Positions 28,592 to 39,503 of a DNA stretch of 64,000 nucleotides are shown one piece after another. The notes beneath the pieces are model-generated. The model had not been told where the DNA came from and ran no database searches. It saw only the letters and a program-made list of their open reading frames with translations. Numbering within the stretch: the first letter of the stretch is position 1; the number at the start of each line of letters is the position of its first letter. A program made the position numbers and the translations under genes. The DNA is from a virus (Duplodnaviria > Caudoviricetes), in the IMG/VR virus record IMGVR_UViG_3300010163_003659, positions 31,901 to 95,900 of that record; one strand, 5' to 3'.

Positions 28592-28984
28592 ATGCAGGGT
28601 AACACAATAACGCATACTGATACTGCCTGCCAGGTGGTGGACATCAGTGGTTTTAAAGGATGCAGGAAGGAGATGGTGGAAGACTGGCTGAGAAAGAAAA
28701 TGTCAGAAACGTATGGTGATGATTCAGAATGCATACTGGGCAATCCGCTCCTCAGAATTTCCACGAAGTTTACAGCGCTAAGCCATAGTGCGCAGCATAA
28801 GCTTTATGGTTATGCCGAGAGGGTTATTATGGCCCAGGGGAACGAACTGACACTGAAAGACAAGCTGTGGGATGTTTTGGAAAAGGGAGGAAGGGACGGT
28901 TCATGGGAGACCATAGAAAAATATGCTGATACACTACTGGCAAAGGAAAAGGCATGGAAGCAGGGGAATGGAGGTTTGGTTTAG
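28592..28984 (+). CDS. Hypothetical protein
   Basis: GGAGGT RBS; operon context. Confidence 0.55.
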   Translation: MQGNTITHTDTACQVVDISGFKGCRKEMVEDWLRKKMSETYGDDSECILGNPLLRISTKFTALSHSAQHKLYGYAERVIMAQGNELTLKDKLWDVLEKGGRDGSWETIEKYADTLLAKEKAWKQGNGGLV

Positions 28985-28985
28985 G

Positions 28986-29309
28986 ATGGAACAGGATGTA
29001 ATTAAGGCAAAGGCGGACAGGGAATGTGAAATTTTAAGAAGAAAGCAGAGGGAAAGTCTTGAATCAGACCTGATTAAGGAAATCTATTACATGGTGAATG
29101 AAGACAGGAATGAAACTGCCGGCGAAATGCAGGCAGACATGAAGCTGGAGGAAGCGCTGGAAGCATTTGAAAATGGCACTCCTGCAGGCAATATCATTGA
29201 CTTGGCAAGTGAGTGCAGTGCGGAGGCAAGGGAAGCAGGTTTCAAGATGGGATTCCGTGTAGCCATGAAACTCTGCATGGAGGGAATGAAAGGGGGTGCT
29301 GTCTTGTGA
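28986..29309 (+). CDS. Hypothetical protein
   Basis: GGAGG RBS; C-terminal GFKMGFRVAMKL. Confidence 0.55.
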   Translation: MEQDVIKAKADRECEILRRKQRESLESDLIKEIYYMVNEDRNETAGEMQADMKLEEALEAFENGTPAGNIIDLASECSAEAREAGFKMGFRVAMKLCMEGMKGGAVL

Positions 29310-29375
29310 CAGCCCTTACGGCAGAATGGCTTAAGGAATTGCAGTTGGATTTGGTAAAAATATAGCAGGAGATAT

Positions 29376-29780
29376 GTGCTGATGGAAGACAGGAAAATAT
29401 TCCTTACTGCTGCAGACATAGCCTCTGACCTCTCCATCAGTGAGGAAGAGGCTGTGGAACTTGTCAAAAAGCTGCAGAAGGAGTTGAAGGAATCCGGCAG
29501 GCTGGTTGTCTCAGGCAAAGTACCTGCTGCCTGGTATGAACAACAGAAAGAGGATGGTTTCATGGGAATAGGGCAGCAGACGGAGCGCATACCGTTGACA
29601 GAACGCAGATTATTAGGCATAAAGGAGTTTCGGGTATATGCAGGGGGGATTGGTGATGGGATGGCGAGGAAACTGGTTAAAGAGATAGGCGCCGCAGTTC
29701 ATATTGGGGACCGCCTTCTGGTCGACCGCCTCCGGTTTGATGAATGGTGTTCAGAACAGAACCGTCAGGGGCAGCAGTAG
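29376..29780 (+). CDS. Two-domain excisionase-like protein
   Basis: N-terminal HTH-like; C-terminal half aligns with 11381-11590 protein; upstream of integrase. Confidence 0.65.
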   Translation: MLMEDRKIFLTAADIASDLSISEEEAVELVKKLQKELKESGRLVVSGKVPAAWYEQQKEDGFMGIGQQTERIPLTERRLLGIKEFRVYAGGIGDGMARKLVKEIGAAVHIGDRLLVDRLRFDEWCSEQNRQGQQ

Positions 29781-30101
29781 GAAACTGACAGGGCTGTGAC
29801 GCACGTAGAGGCCTTATTTTGGACCGAAAAGAGAAAAGGTGATAATAATACCGTTAATGAAATAAAAAGCCCTGTAGGGGAAATTAGAGGGCATTGGAAG
29901 AAAAGGTGATTATGGGGAAAGCAGAAAACAGAGGCTCCCGCCATGCTGCAACATGGGAGAGCCCATAAGAGCTAAGGCACATGATAAGAAAGACCAAAGC
30001 ATTTGTATTATAACTGAATTTAGAGACGTTCACAATAAAAACTGAATATGGATTGAGGCGGTTCTGCTGCCTCTTTGCGTAACAGAAAGGAGCTGGGGGA
30101 C

Positions 30102-31283
30102 ATGGCAGAGAACAAAAAGAAACAGTTGCCGCCGGGGATTTCACTGCGTAAGGATGGCAGGTACCAGGCGAGATATACATTTAACGGCAAACGCTATTCA
30201 ATTTATGGCAAGGACTTGAAGGAAGTGCAGAAAAAGCTTCGGGATGCCAAGTATGAAATGGATCATGGCATATTCGCCAAGCCGGATAAGGTAACGGTAG
30301 ATTCATGGTTTAAGGTATGGAAAGAGGAATATGCAGCCAACAGCATGAGGGAGAACACCCTCGCCCATGTAGACAGCATGTATAGATACCACATAAAGCC
30401 GGAGATAGGGAACATGAAAATACAGGATGTACGAACCGAACATATCCAGATGCTGCTTAACAAGATGAAAAAGCAGGAATATTCTTCGGATTTTATGAAA
30501 AGAGTCAGAAATGTTGTGAGCCAGATGTTTAAGCAGGCATACAGGAATGACATGATTATGCGGAATCCAGTAGAGAATGCAGTTACCCCATCCGGAAAGA
30601 CAAAAAAGGAGCACAGGGTACTGACGGAACAGGAGCAGGCGTTGTTCCTGGAATATGCAAAGGAAACTGAATATGAGCTGGTTTTCGTGCTCGGATTTTC
30701 TACAGGAATGAGGATAGGCGAGATACAGGCCCTGCAGTGGCAGAACATAGATTTCAAAAATCTGGAAATCAGCATAGAGGGTACACTTGTCAAGGTGGAT
30801 GGAAAGGAGTATGTAAAAGGGCCTACAAAGACAAAGAGCAGCATCCGCACCGTTCCACTGCTCCCTGATGTAGCAAAACAGCTAAAGAAGTACAAAAAAG
30901 AACAGTCGGAATACCGCATGATGTTAGGGGCAGAGTGGCAGCAGGTAAGGGGGCTGGAGGATTTGCTGTTCTGTACTGCAGTGGGCAGGCCGCTTTCAAG
31001 GAGCGTTTTGTACAATGCTATTGACCGGATTATTGAGCTGATTAATCATGATGAGAGGATAAGGGCAAAAGCAGAGGGACGGAAAGCGGCAGTGTTTGAG
31101 CATTTTTCAAGCCACACCATGAGACACACCTTTGCGACAAGGGCTTTAGAGAATGGTATTCCTCCAAAGGTTGTCCAGGAACTTCTGGGGCACAGCACTA
31201 TAAAGACTACAATGGATATATATACTCATGTATTGCCTAAGACAAAGAATGAGGAGATACAGAAAATTGCCAGTCTGTTCTGA
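30102..31283 (+). CDS. int: Tyrosine integrase of the embedded element
   Basis: [22 protein letters not shown]...TMDIYTH; N-terminal arm-binding domain. Confidence 0.95.
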   Translation: MAENKKKQLPPGISLRKDGRYQARYTFNGKRYSIYGKDLKEVQKKLRDAKYEMDHGIFAKPDKVTVDSWFKVWKEEYAANSMRENTLAHVDSMYRYHIKPEIGNMKIQDVRTEHIQMLLNKMKKQEYSSDFMKRVRNVVSQMFKQAYRNDMIMRNPVENAVTPSGKTKKEHRVLTEQEQALFLEYAKETEYELVFVLGFSTGMRIGEIQALQWQNIDFKNLEISIEGTLVKVDGKEYVKGPTKTKSSIRTVPLLPDVAKQLKKYKKEQSEYRMMLGAEWQQVRGLEDLLFCTAVGRPLSRSVLYNAIDRIIELINHDERIRAKAEGRKAAVFEHFSSHTMRHTFATRALENGIPPKVVQELLGHSTIKTTMDIYTHVLPKTKNEEIQKIASLF

Positions 31284-31439
31284 TGGTTATCTGCTGCCGG
31301 CCGGGAAAAAGTACCAGCCTGGCAGCAGATGGTTTATACCATGTAAGATAATTGGTGTCAATGGTGGTGTAAACCAGTGGCATGAAACGCTTCAAATGAC
31401 TGGCAAAGCAGGCGGTTAGGGCATTTATAGAAAGTATAC

Positions 31440-31460
31440 GACATATCTCTACATGGTCGG
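31440..31460 (+). repeat. attR GACATATCTCTACATGGTCGG
   Basis: Direct repeat of attL, same reading-frame register. Confidence 0.92.
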
Positions 31461-32559
31461 CAATGAAAAGCGTTGGTTTGCGGTAGCCAGGACTGCTACA
31501 AAGCCAGAAAATATGCAGGGATTCCACGAGGATAATATGCTATTCATAGTAGATGAAGCCTCTGGCGTTGCCGATCCAATCATGGAAGCAATACTTGGTA
31601 CACTGTCCGGTGAAAATAACAAATTATTGATGTGCGGGAACCCGACAAGAACTTCTGGCACATTTTATGATGCTTTCCATGCTGATAGAACCCTATATAA
31701 AAATCATACGGTATCATCTGCAGACAGTCCCAGAACAAATAAACAGAATATTGAAAGTCTTATACGAAAGTACGGCAGGGACAGTAATGTAGTGCTTGTC
31801 AGGGTATTTGGAAAATTCCCAGAGCAGGAGGATGATGTATTTATAATACTTGCTATTATTGAACAGTGTGGGAGTAAGATATACAACCTGCCAGAAGATA
31901 AAGGTATGCCCTTTATTGTGTTTGGGGTAGATGTTGCCAGGTTCGGGGATGATGAAACTGTTATATACAGGAATGTTAAAGGGAAATTAAAGCTGGCTGT
32001 CCATAGGCTCGGGCAGAACTTGATGGCAACTGTTGGGGATATCGTTGCACAGTATAGAAAAGTAATCAGGGAATTCCCAGAATACAATGGACGTATCTAT
32101 GTCAATATTGATGATACTGGATTGGGCGGCGGGGTAACGGATAGGCTGAGAGAGGTAAAGATGGAGCAGAAATTACACCGTCTGTTTGTGATACCTATTA
32201 ATGCGGCAGAAAAGATTGAGACAGATACCAAAGAAGGGAAAGAGGCTGCAGAGCATTATAATAACCTGACTACACATATGTGGGCGGTTTTGCGAGATTT
32301 ACTAGAGGATAAGCAGGTTGAGATAGAGGATGATGCAGATACCTTTGCACAGCTCTCCGCCAGGAAATATTTTATGGCATCAAACGGTAAACTGGAACTT
32401 GAAAGTAAAAAAGAGATGAAGAAGCGGAATCTCCCATCGCCCGATAGGGGAGACGCAGTAGCCTTGTCAGTATATCTTGGAAAGATCAAAAAATATACAG
32501 GAAGCGCACCAAGCAGTGATGCTATTAACGGTCTTAATAAATCAAGTTATTGGACATGA
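31453..32559 (+). CDS. terL: Terminase large subunit, 3' fragment
   Basis: Walker B FIVDEASG, CGNPT, nuclease GVDVARFGDD, SPDRGDA. Confidence 0.93.
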   Translation: MVGNEKRWFAVARTATKPENMQGFHEDNMLFIVDEASGVADPIMEAILGTLSGENNKLLMCGNPTRTSGTFYDAFHADRTLYKNHTVSSADSPRTNKQNIESLIRKYGRDSNVVLVRVFGKFPEQEDDVFIILAIIEQCGSKIYNLPEDKGMPFIVFGVDVARFGDDETVIYRNVKGKLKLAVHRLGQNLMATVGDIVAQYRKVIREFPEYNGRIYVNIDDTGLGGGVTDRLREVKMEQKLHRLFVIPINAAEKIETDTKEGKEAAEHYNNLTTHMWAVLRDLLEDKQVEIEDDADTFAQLSARKYFMASNGKLELESKKEMKKRNLPSPDRGDAVALSVYLGKIKKYTGSAPSSDAINGLNKSSYWT

Positions 32560-32579
32560 AGAAAGTGGGGTGAGAATGC

Positions 32580-34172
32580 ATGGCAAATGGCAGTAAGGAA
32601 ATCGGACGCATAGGTCAGCGGCGATACGGTGGGATTGTTTATGAAGAGTTCCTGCATGAACTCAGAGGCAAGAAAGGGATAGAGGTTTACCGTGAAATGT
32701 CAGAGAATGACGATGTGGTGGGCGCTATCCTTTTTGCGATAGAAATGCTGGTCAGACAGTGCGACTGGAATGTAGAACCAGGCGGCGACACAGCAAAGGA
32801 CAAAGAAGCGGCTGAGTTTGTGGAAAGCTGCATGAATGATATGCAGGACACCTGGATTGATACTATATCAGAAATCCTGTCATTCCTCACTTACGGCTGG
32901 AGCTTCCATGAGATTGTGTATAAGCGGCGTATGGGCAACACGAAGAACCCAAAAACAAAGAGCAAATATAATGATGGGCTGATTGGGTGGCAGAAACTCC
33001 CGATCAGGGCGCAGGAAACTTTGTATGAGTGGGAGTATGATAATGAAGATAACCTGCTTGGCATGACGCAGATGCCGCCGCCGGACTTAGGATTGTTCAC
33101 GATACCACTGAGTAAGGCTATGTTATTCCGGACGAAAAGCAGGAAGAACAATCCGGAGGGCAGGAGCATATTGAGAAATGCCTACCGTTCCTGGTACTTC
33201 AAGAGACGGATCCAGGAGATTGAGGGAATAGGCATAGAGAGAGACTTGGCAGGATTGCCAGTTATGCATGGACCAGAGGGGCTTGACTTGTGGGATGATA
33301 CCGTTGAGCTGAATGTCAAAGCGAGGGTAGGCATGGAACAGATGGTGCGCAGCATACGTAGAGATGAAATGGAGGGAGTTGTTCTTCCGTTTGGATATGA
33401 GCTGGAATTACTCAGCTCTGGAGGCACAAGGCAATTTGACACAAACGCAATCATAAACCGCTATGACACCCGGATTGCTATGACAGTGCTGGCGGATTTT
33501 ATTTTCCTGGGGCATTCTGAGACTGGTTCATGGGCGCTGAGTTCTGACAAGACAGAGCTTTTTGCGGTTGCAATAGGGGCATTTCTGGATATTATCTGCG
33601 AGACTTTCAACAGCCAGGGAATCCCGCCGCTGATTGACATTAACGGAGAGCATTTTTCCGGAATCACGGAATACCCGAAAATGACACACGGCGATATTGA
33701 GGATATGGATATCACGAAAGTAGCAGCATTCCTTAAAGATATGACTGGAATTGGCCTGTTGGTACCGGATGATGGGCTGGAGGATTATATCAGACAGGTG
33801 GGACATCTGCCAGAGAGGACATCAGACACCAGAAATATTGACGGGAGAAGAAAAGACCTGCAGGAGCAGAACGAACCGCCGGAGCCGGAAACAGCCGCAG
33901 GCACCGAACCAAACGAGGACAGTGAAGAAATCCCGGATGATAAGGTGAAAGCGGCGAAAAAGAGGCTGGGGAGAGTACAAAAATTCCATATGGCAGAATA
34001 TGCGGCAGCACTTTACAAGAACAATCCCAAAGAGTTTGATGAAGAAATGAAAAGAGCCAAAGAATCTTGGGATGAATTTGAAAAGTCAATGAAGAGTGTA
34101 ATGAGTGAGGAAGTTTGGAAAAAATATATGGAGAAATATCAGGAGGACTTGTATGGGGTTCCGGATGATTGA
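32580..34172 (+). CDS. Portal protein
   Basis: NPEGRSILRNAYRSWYFK; follows terL. Confidence 0.85.
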   Translation: MANGSKEIGRIGQRRYGGIVYEEFLHELRGKKGIEVYREMSENDDVVGAILFAIEMLVRQCDWNVEPGGDTAKDKEAAEFVESCMNDMQDTWIDTISEILSFLTYGWSFHEIVYKRRMGNTKNPKTKSKYNDGLIGWQKLPIRAQETLYEWEYDNEDNLLGMTQMPPPDLGLFTIPLSKAMLFRTKSRKNNPEGRSILRNAYRSWYFKRRIQEIEGIGIERDLAGLPVMHGPEGLDLWDDTVELNVKARVGMEQMVRSIRRDEMEGVVLPFGYELELLSSGGTRQFDTNAIINRYDTRIAMTVLADFIFLGHSETGSWALSSDKTELFAVAIGAFLDIICETFNSQGIPPLIDINGEHFSGITEYPKMTHGDIEDMDITKVAAFLKDMTGIGLLVPDDGLEDYIRQVGHLPERTSDTRNIDGRRKDLQEQNEPPEPETAAGTEPNEDSEEIPDDKVKAAKKRLGRVQKFHMAEYAAALYKNNPKEFDEEMKRAKESWDEFEKSMKSVMSEEVWKKYMEKYQEDLYGVPDD

Positions 34173-35103
34173 CCCGAAGAGGGTAAGGAAAGTGAAAACC
34201 GAGAATGGCAAGGAAGTTCTCCGCAGGCTTGAAGAGTATTTGGAAAGTTCTGCAGTTACTGGAGAGCCGGTTGAAATCCTTTGTGGCTTTTGGCAGGATC
34301 AGCAAAATGCGCTTACTTACCAGGAAATCAGGCAGGCAGTCATAGAGGGTGCCATAAGCCAGGAAACATTGCGTTTATGGATACAGGATTATTCTGTACT
34401 GGTGGCAACCAGACTTAGCAGCTTATGGACAAATGCAATCATGGCAGGGTCAGAAGGACAGCCGATTCTTGATGGCCTTGCTTTTGAATTCAATACGCAG
34501 ACGCCTGGCATATTGGGCTGGATCAGTGAACGTGGGGCGGAATTTGTGACCGACAGCACACAGGAACAAAAAGACGCTATAGCAGCGCTGCTGACAAAAA
34601 AGATGAAGGACGGACACACGGTTGATGAGCTTTCAAGGCTGATCCGTCCCTGCATTGGCCTGACAGAAGGGGACGCAAAAGCAGCGGCGAGGCTCTATGA
34701 CAGCATTGTGGCGAATCTAAAAAAAGAGCATCCGCGCATGAAGCCGGAAAGCGTCCGCAGGAAAGCGCTGGATGCCACGGCAAAATATGCGGAGCGGAAA
34801 CACCGGCAGAGGGCATTAACGATCGCTCAGACGGAGAGCGCATTTGCCTATAACCGTGGCGCAGACTATGGCATAAGGCAGGCACAGGAGCAGGGGTACT
34901 TAGGCGTGATGAAAAAGCGGTGGAGGACATCGGGTGATGATGCAGTATGCACTACCTGTTCAGCACTGGAGGGTACGGAGATTGGCATGGATTCTGAATT
35001 TAATTTCGGAGGCAGGGTATTATTTCCCGGCCATCATATGCTGCCACCTGCCCACCCAAGATGTGCATGTGCGGTTGAATACATTGAGGAAGTGATAGAA
35101 TGA
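34153..35103 (+). CDS. Minor head protein (SPP1 gp7/Mu F-like)
   Basis: RALTIAQTE, KRW..CxxC, PPAHPRCAC. Confidence 0.85.
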   Translation: MGFRMIDPKRVRKVKTENGKEVLRRLEEYLESSAVTGEPVEILCGFWQDQQNALTYQEIRQAVIEGAISQETLRLWIQDYSVLVATRLSSLWTNAIMAGSEGQPILDGLAFEFNTQTPGILGWISERGAEFVTDSTQEQKDAIAALLTKKMKDGHTVDELSRLIRPCIGLTEGDAKAAARLYDSIVANLKKEHPRMKPESVRRKALDATAKYAERKHRQRALTIAQTESAFAYNRGADYGIRQAQEQGYLGVMKKRWRTSGDDAVCTTCSALEGTEIGMDSEFNFGGRVLFPGHHMLPPAHPRCACAVEYIEEVIE

Positions 35104-35540
35104 GAAAATTTTCAGATATGATCGAAAAGAAATCCAGGGATAACGTCATAAAAGGAAAGTTCAAAATCATGAAATCCGATGATGATAAGATGCTCGCCTT
35201 TGGATGGGCGAATGTGTCTATGAGAGTTGACGGAGAACTGATTGAGGACTGGCAGGGGGATATTATTGAGCCGGAAGAACTGGAAGCCGCAGCGTATGAA
35301 TATGTCAGACTGTATGGTGACGGTGGAGAGATGCACGAAAGAGGCGGCGTTGCTGTACTCATTGAAAGCGTTGTTTTCACGGAAGAGAAAATGCAGGCTA
35401 TGGGTATTCCAGCGGGAACACTTCCAATAGGCTGGTGGATAGGATTTAAGGTCACAGATGAAGATGTATGGCAGAAAGTCAAAGATGGAACCTATCCCAT
35501 GTTCTCCATTGAAGGAGAGGCAGAGAGAGTGGAGGTATAA
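35100..35540 (+). CDS. XkdF-like prohead serine protease
   Basis: DWQGDII..ELE.AAY, EMH, VKDGTYPMFSIEG. Confidence 0.85.
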   Translation: MRKFSDMIEKKSRDNVIKGKFKIMKSDDDKMLAFGWANVSMRVDGELIEDWQGDIIEPEELEAAAYEYVRLYGDGGEMHERGGVAVLIESVVFTEEKMQAMGIPAGTLPIGWWIGFKVTDEDVWQKVKDGTYPMFSIEGEAERVEV

Positions 35541-35706
35541 GCAGGTAAAAAAGAGGCGTAGAAGCGTTTTTTAGACCTCCAAACCCTATAATCCTACCTT
35601 GCGGGCCTTAAAAAGGGCGTAGGTAACATATTTTTGTTGATAAAACAAGGCATCCGGCACAGGGCGCCTTTTGTTTTATATAAATCCACGGAAAGGAGGG
35701 AATGTA

Positions 35707-36966
35707 GTGGCAACAAAACTGAAAAACCTCAAAATCAGAAAAGTTGATTTTGTGGACGAGGGTGCTAATCCGGACGCTCACATCGGAATCTTAAAACACA
35801 AAGATGGAGAACAGGCCACAGGAAAGGATGGGGAGAAAGCTCCCGGCTTTATGAACCGTCTGCTCAACTTTATCGGCAAAGCGGCTGGAATGAATCAGAA
35901 AGAAATAGACGGTGCAATAGATGAAATCCAAAAAGGCGACTCCGTGAGCTTCAATGAGAAGATCAATGAAGTAAATAACCGGAAGATTGCTGATGAAATA
36001 TGGGATGTGTGCTATGCACTGCAGGCTTCTTTATGCTCTATTCTGAACGATGAAGAGATGGATAGCACCAGTACAGCAACGGCAATGAAAGAGAGCCTTG
36101 ACGAGTTTACTGCGGTAGCGCAGGAGTCAATCGGAAGCTGGTCCAGCGGAAAGGCTGTCAACATTGTCAAAAAGGAAGAGGTTACGGAGGCAGACCTGGA
36201 GGTTATGAAGTCGGCGGCAGAGAGGCTGCAGGCTGAAATCCAGAAAGCTGGCAAAGGGACCGGGGAGCCGGAGGAAACCGGGGAAGAAAATGAAACAGGA
36301 AAAGATGGACCAGACAACAATAACCCGAAAGGAGAGGAAGAGGAAATGAAGATTGACAAGAGCAGGCTGACTGACGCAGAGAGGGCTTTCCTGGAGAGCA
36401 TCGAGAAGCGTTATGGCACAGAGGAAGGAACTGGGGGCGGTGGGAATACACCAGCAGAACCGACAGCAGCAGAGCCTGCGGTGAAGTCCAAGACACCACA
36501 GGAGGCTGAGGCGCCAACAGGGCAGGATAACGGCGGGGATGGCATCTACAAGGGGCTGCATCCGGCGGTACAGGCAGAGCTGGAGGCATTGAAAAAATTC
36601 AAGGAGGCAGCGGAGGACAGGGAACTGAACCAGATTGCTGACAAGTATGCCATTATTGGCAAGAAAAAAGAGGAACTGGTGCCAATGTTCAAGAGCCTCC
36701 GTGCGGCAGGCGGCACAGCGTTTGACGACATGGTTGCGGTGCTTGATAATGCGGTGGATGTGGTGGAAAAATCCGGTGCGTTCACTGAGGTAGGAAAGTC
36801 TGGTCATGGTTCTGTATCTGCAGGGCAGACAGAAGAGAAGATTGACACCATCGCCAAAGGCTATATGGAAAAAGACGCTTCTCTTGATTATACCTCAGCA
36901 GTAGCTAAGGCATGGGAAAATAATCCTGAGCTTGTGGCGGAATATGAGGAAGAGGCAGGATTCTAA
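35707..36966 (+). CDS. Putative scaffold/head assembly protein
   Basis: VDFVDEGANPDA N-terminus; acidic coiled coil; upstream of capsid genes. Confidence 0.65.
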   Translation: MATKLKNLKIRKVDFVDEGANPDAHIGILKHKDGEQATGKDGEKAPGFMNRLLNFIGKAAGMNQKEIDGAIDEIQKGDSVSFNEKINEVNNRKIADEIWDVCYALQASLCSILNDEEMDSTSTATAMKESLDEFTAVAQESIGSWSSGKAVNIVKKEEVTEADLEVMKSAAERLQAEIQKAGKGTGEPEETGEENETGKDGPDNNNPKGEEEEMKIDKSRLTDAERAFLESIEKRYGTEEGTGGGGNTPAEPTAAEPAVKSKTPQEAEAPTGQDNGGDGIYKGLHPAVQAELEALKKFKEAAEDRELNQIADKYAIIGKKKEELVPMFKSLRAAGGTAFDDMVAVLDNAVDVVEKSGAFTEVGKSGHGSVSAGQTEEKIDTIAKGYMEKDASLDYTSAVAKAWENNPELVAEYEEEAGF

Positions 36967-36985
36967 GAAAGGGGGATAAGGCGAA

Positions 36986-37426
36986 ATGAATAGAAATTTT
37001 AACGGCTCACAGATTAACCAGAGCGTCACAATCGTAGAGCAGGCAGGAGCGGCTATTGAGGATGTGAGAAACCGCATCCTGGCCTATGACGGGAATGGCA
37101 ATGTAATTTTAGCGGCAGACGGCACAGCGGTTCCAGCCGGCATTGCAATCATTGAGGCGGGAGTGAATGATATTTCCGGAAAAGAATCCGGAAAAGTGGC
37201 AGTGGGTGATGATGTTGACATCCAGATTAAGGATATCGGCTATGTGCTTACAGGAGCGGCCATCACAAAAGGGGCCGAAGTCATGGCAAGCACGGGTCTG
37301 GCGGTTCCCGCCACAGCCGGTAACTATGTTGTTGGTATCGCACTTTCCGCATCGGCTAAGGATGAATACTGCAGGGTGCAGATTGCCAGATACCAGAAGG
37401 CATCCGCAGCAGCGGCAGGAAAATAA
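36986..37426 (+). CDS. Capsid decoration/cement protein (DUF2190-like)
   Basis: GAAITKGAEV..G.AV...VVGIAL pattern. Confidence 0.7.
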   Translation: MNRNFNGSQINQSVTIVEQAGAAIEDVRNRILAYDGNGNVILAADGTAVPAGIAIIEAGVNDISGKESGKVAVGDDVDIQIKDIGYVLTGAAITKGAEVMASTGLAVPATAGNYVVGIALSASAKDEYCRVQIARYQKASAAAAGK

Positions 37427-37440
37427 GGAGGTAAAATCAG

Positions 37441-38466
37441 ATGAAAAGAACAGCAGCGAGCATCCAGGCAGATATTGCCAAGGGTGCGTTCAGGCCACAC
37501 ACGGCGTTATCCAATATGGCGCTGGCATATTACCAGAGTGATGCGAACAGTTTCGCAAAGACAATGTTCCCGGTTTGCCCGGTAACTTTGTCATCTGACA
37601 ATTACTACATATTTGACAAAGAAGATTTGCTAAGGGATAACTGGCACAGAAAACCGGCATACGGCAAGGTTGACCCAGCTGTATTATCCGAACATCTGGA
37701 TACCTACGCATGCCGGGTTGACCAGATGATTATGGGGATTGACCAGATCAGGCAGACAGACCTTACACGCAGGATGGGGCCGAGGACAGCCGACCCGAAG
37801 CAGCAGTGCACAAAGACGATGGCAGGACAGGCAAATATCCATCAGGACCGGATTTTTGCAGACAAATACTTTAAGAGCGGTGTCTGGAAACAGGAGTTTT
37901 CCGGTGTTGACAGTACCACACCGGCTGATAAGCAGTTTATAAAGTTCAGCAATGGCAACAGCGACCCGGTTGCTTTCGTAGACCAGAAGAAAACGGATAT
38001 TCACGGAGAAACGGGCAGGATGCCTAACAGGCTTGCTTTGGGCGTGAATGTGTTTAATGCACTGAAAAAGCACCCGGCAATCCTGGAAAGGGTAAAATAT
38101 GGCGGTTCCACCGCTAATCCGGCATCCGTCACATTGAATGTGCTTGCACAGCTTTTTGAGGTTGACAGGGTAACAGTGCCGCTTTCCATCATGAATAAGG
38201 CAGAACCCGGACAGGAGGCAGATATGCAGTACATCGGTGATCCGGACGCTTTTCTTCTTGCCTATGCGACAGATACACCGTCCATCGAAGAGCCTTCCGC
38301 TGGTTATATCTTTACATGGGATATGCTCGGCAACGGCAATATCTTCCCGGTACTCAATTATCCTGGTGAGAACGGCACACACTCTGAGTTTATTGAGGGG
38401 CTGATGGCTATGGATATGAAGAAAACAGCCGACGACCTTGCTATGTTCTTCAAGGATGCAGTGTAA
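37441..38466 (+). CDS. Major capsid protein
   Basis: 341 aa; position in head module; LSNMALAYYQ, HPAILERVKY. Confidence 0.75.
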   Translation: MKRTAASIQADIAKGAFRPHTALSNMALAYYQSDANSFAKTMFPVCPVTLSSDNYYIFDKEDLLRDNWHRKPAYGKVDPAVLSEHLDTYACRVDQMIMGIDQIRQTDLTRRMGPRTADPKQQCTKTMAGQANIHQDRIFADKYFKSGVWKQEFSGVDSTTPADKQFIKFSNGNSDPVAFVDQKKTDIHGETGRMPNRLALGVNVFNALKKHPAILERVKYGGSTANPASVTLNVLAQLFEVDRVTVPLSIMNKAEPGQEADMQYIGDPDAFLLAYATDTPSIEEPSAGYIFTWDMLGNGNIFPVLNYPGENGTHSEFIEGLMAMDMKKTADDLAMFFKDAV

Positions 38467-38478
38467 GGAGGGGATGCT

Positions 38479-39093
38479 ATGAAACTGATTGCTAACAGAC
38501 CATGCAGCTTTGGAGGAAGGCAGTTCTATATCGGGGATGAAATCCCTGCAGGGCTGGTTGCAGACCCTGTGACACAGGAGGGGTTAGGGGTTATTGCTAT
38601 TGCCAATACAGGCAGCGGTGGGGAACCGGATAGGCAGATGTTCACACAGGAGCAGGTTGAAAAGATGCTGGAGGAGGCGGTAGAAGAGGCTGTCAACAAT
38701 ACGGTTGCAGAAATGAAGCAGGAACAGGAAGAACTGCGGCAGGCAGCTGCGGAACTCAAAGAAACGGAACCCGGCCTGTATCAGGGTACTGTCCTGATTT
38801 CTGTAAGAGGCCCGTCTGACGGCGGGAATGAACAGGTTATGGCAGTTCCTGCAAAGCCGGAGGAAATAAAACAGGTATTTTCCATCATGCAGATGAATGC
38901 CGAGGAAGGTGCAAAGGCAATAGCGGAAATCCAGTCGGAGAATGTCTTGATACTGCTCCATGCGGCAGACAGCCGTAAAACGGTCAAAAATGCTGCCAGA
39001 GAGCAGGCAGATAAATTATTCCCAGCCCATGGGGATTTGAACGAATCCACAGGCGGTAACGCAGCCACAGACACACATACGGAGGGGAGCTGA
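38479..39093 (+). CDS. Phage hypothetical (head-associated)
   Basis: GGAGG RBS; gene order. Confidence 0.6.
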   Translation: MKLIANRPCSFGGRQFYIGDEIPAGLVADPVTQEGLGVIAIANTGSGGEPDRQMFTQEQVEKMLEEAVEEAVNNTVAEMKQEQEELRQAAAELKETEPGLYQGTVLISVRGPSDGGNEQVMAVPAKPEEIKQVFSIMQMNAEEGAKAIAEIQSENVLILLHAADSRKTVKNAAREQADKLFPAHGDLNESTGGNAATDTHTEGS

Positions 39094-39099
39094 TGCATT

Positions 39100-39501
39100 A
39101 TGGCGGATGGCGCATACACTTATGAGCCTGCAAACATCAGGGAACCCGGCAAAGACCGTATGAGGTTTGAGCTTGGCGACACGATGGTGGAAGGCGGTGC
39201 AGATACCACTGCGTTAACGGATGAGGAAATACAGGCGGCAATAGATAGTTACCCAAGGGCATGGAAGAAAGCCAAGCTTATGCTTTTGGAAAGTCTCTGC
39301 CGCCGTTTTTCGTATGAACCGGATACCAAGACAGGGCCTTTGGAGCTAAAACTGCAGGACAGGGCAAAGATGTGGAAGGATGATTATAATGCATTAAAAA
39401 AGGAGATATCGTTTGGTTCATGTCCTGTGCCTGCATCTGATGTCAGGGAAAAATCACCCTATTTTTATACTGGGATGCAGCAGAATGAAAGGATATATTA
39501 A
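39100..39501 (+). CDS. Putative head-tail adaptor
   Basis: DRMRFELGDT..LTDEEI; position. Confidence 0.6.
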   Translation: MADGAYTYEPANIREPGKDRMRFELGDTMVEGGADTTALTDEEIQAAIDSYPRAWKKAKLMLLESLCRRFSYEPDTKTGPLELKLQDRAKMWKDDYNALKKEISFGSCPVPASDVREKSPYFYTGMQQNERIY

Positions 39502-39503
39502 TA

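Larger units (their letters stand above)
11008..31447. mobile_element. 20,440-bp tyrosine-integrase element inserted in terL (helper-embedded satellite-like)
   Basis: Flanked by 21-bp imperfect direct repeats; integrase next to right junction; excisionase-, rep-, repressor- and antirepressor-like genes; no capsid or tail genes recognised. Confidence 0.92.

Noticed and set aside
10644-32559. Split terL as intron or intein
   Set aside because: No reverse transcriptase, homing nuclease or splicing motifs; att repeats and integrase explain it
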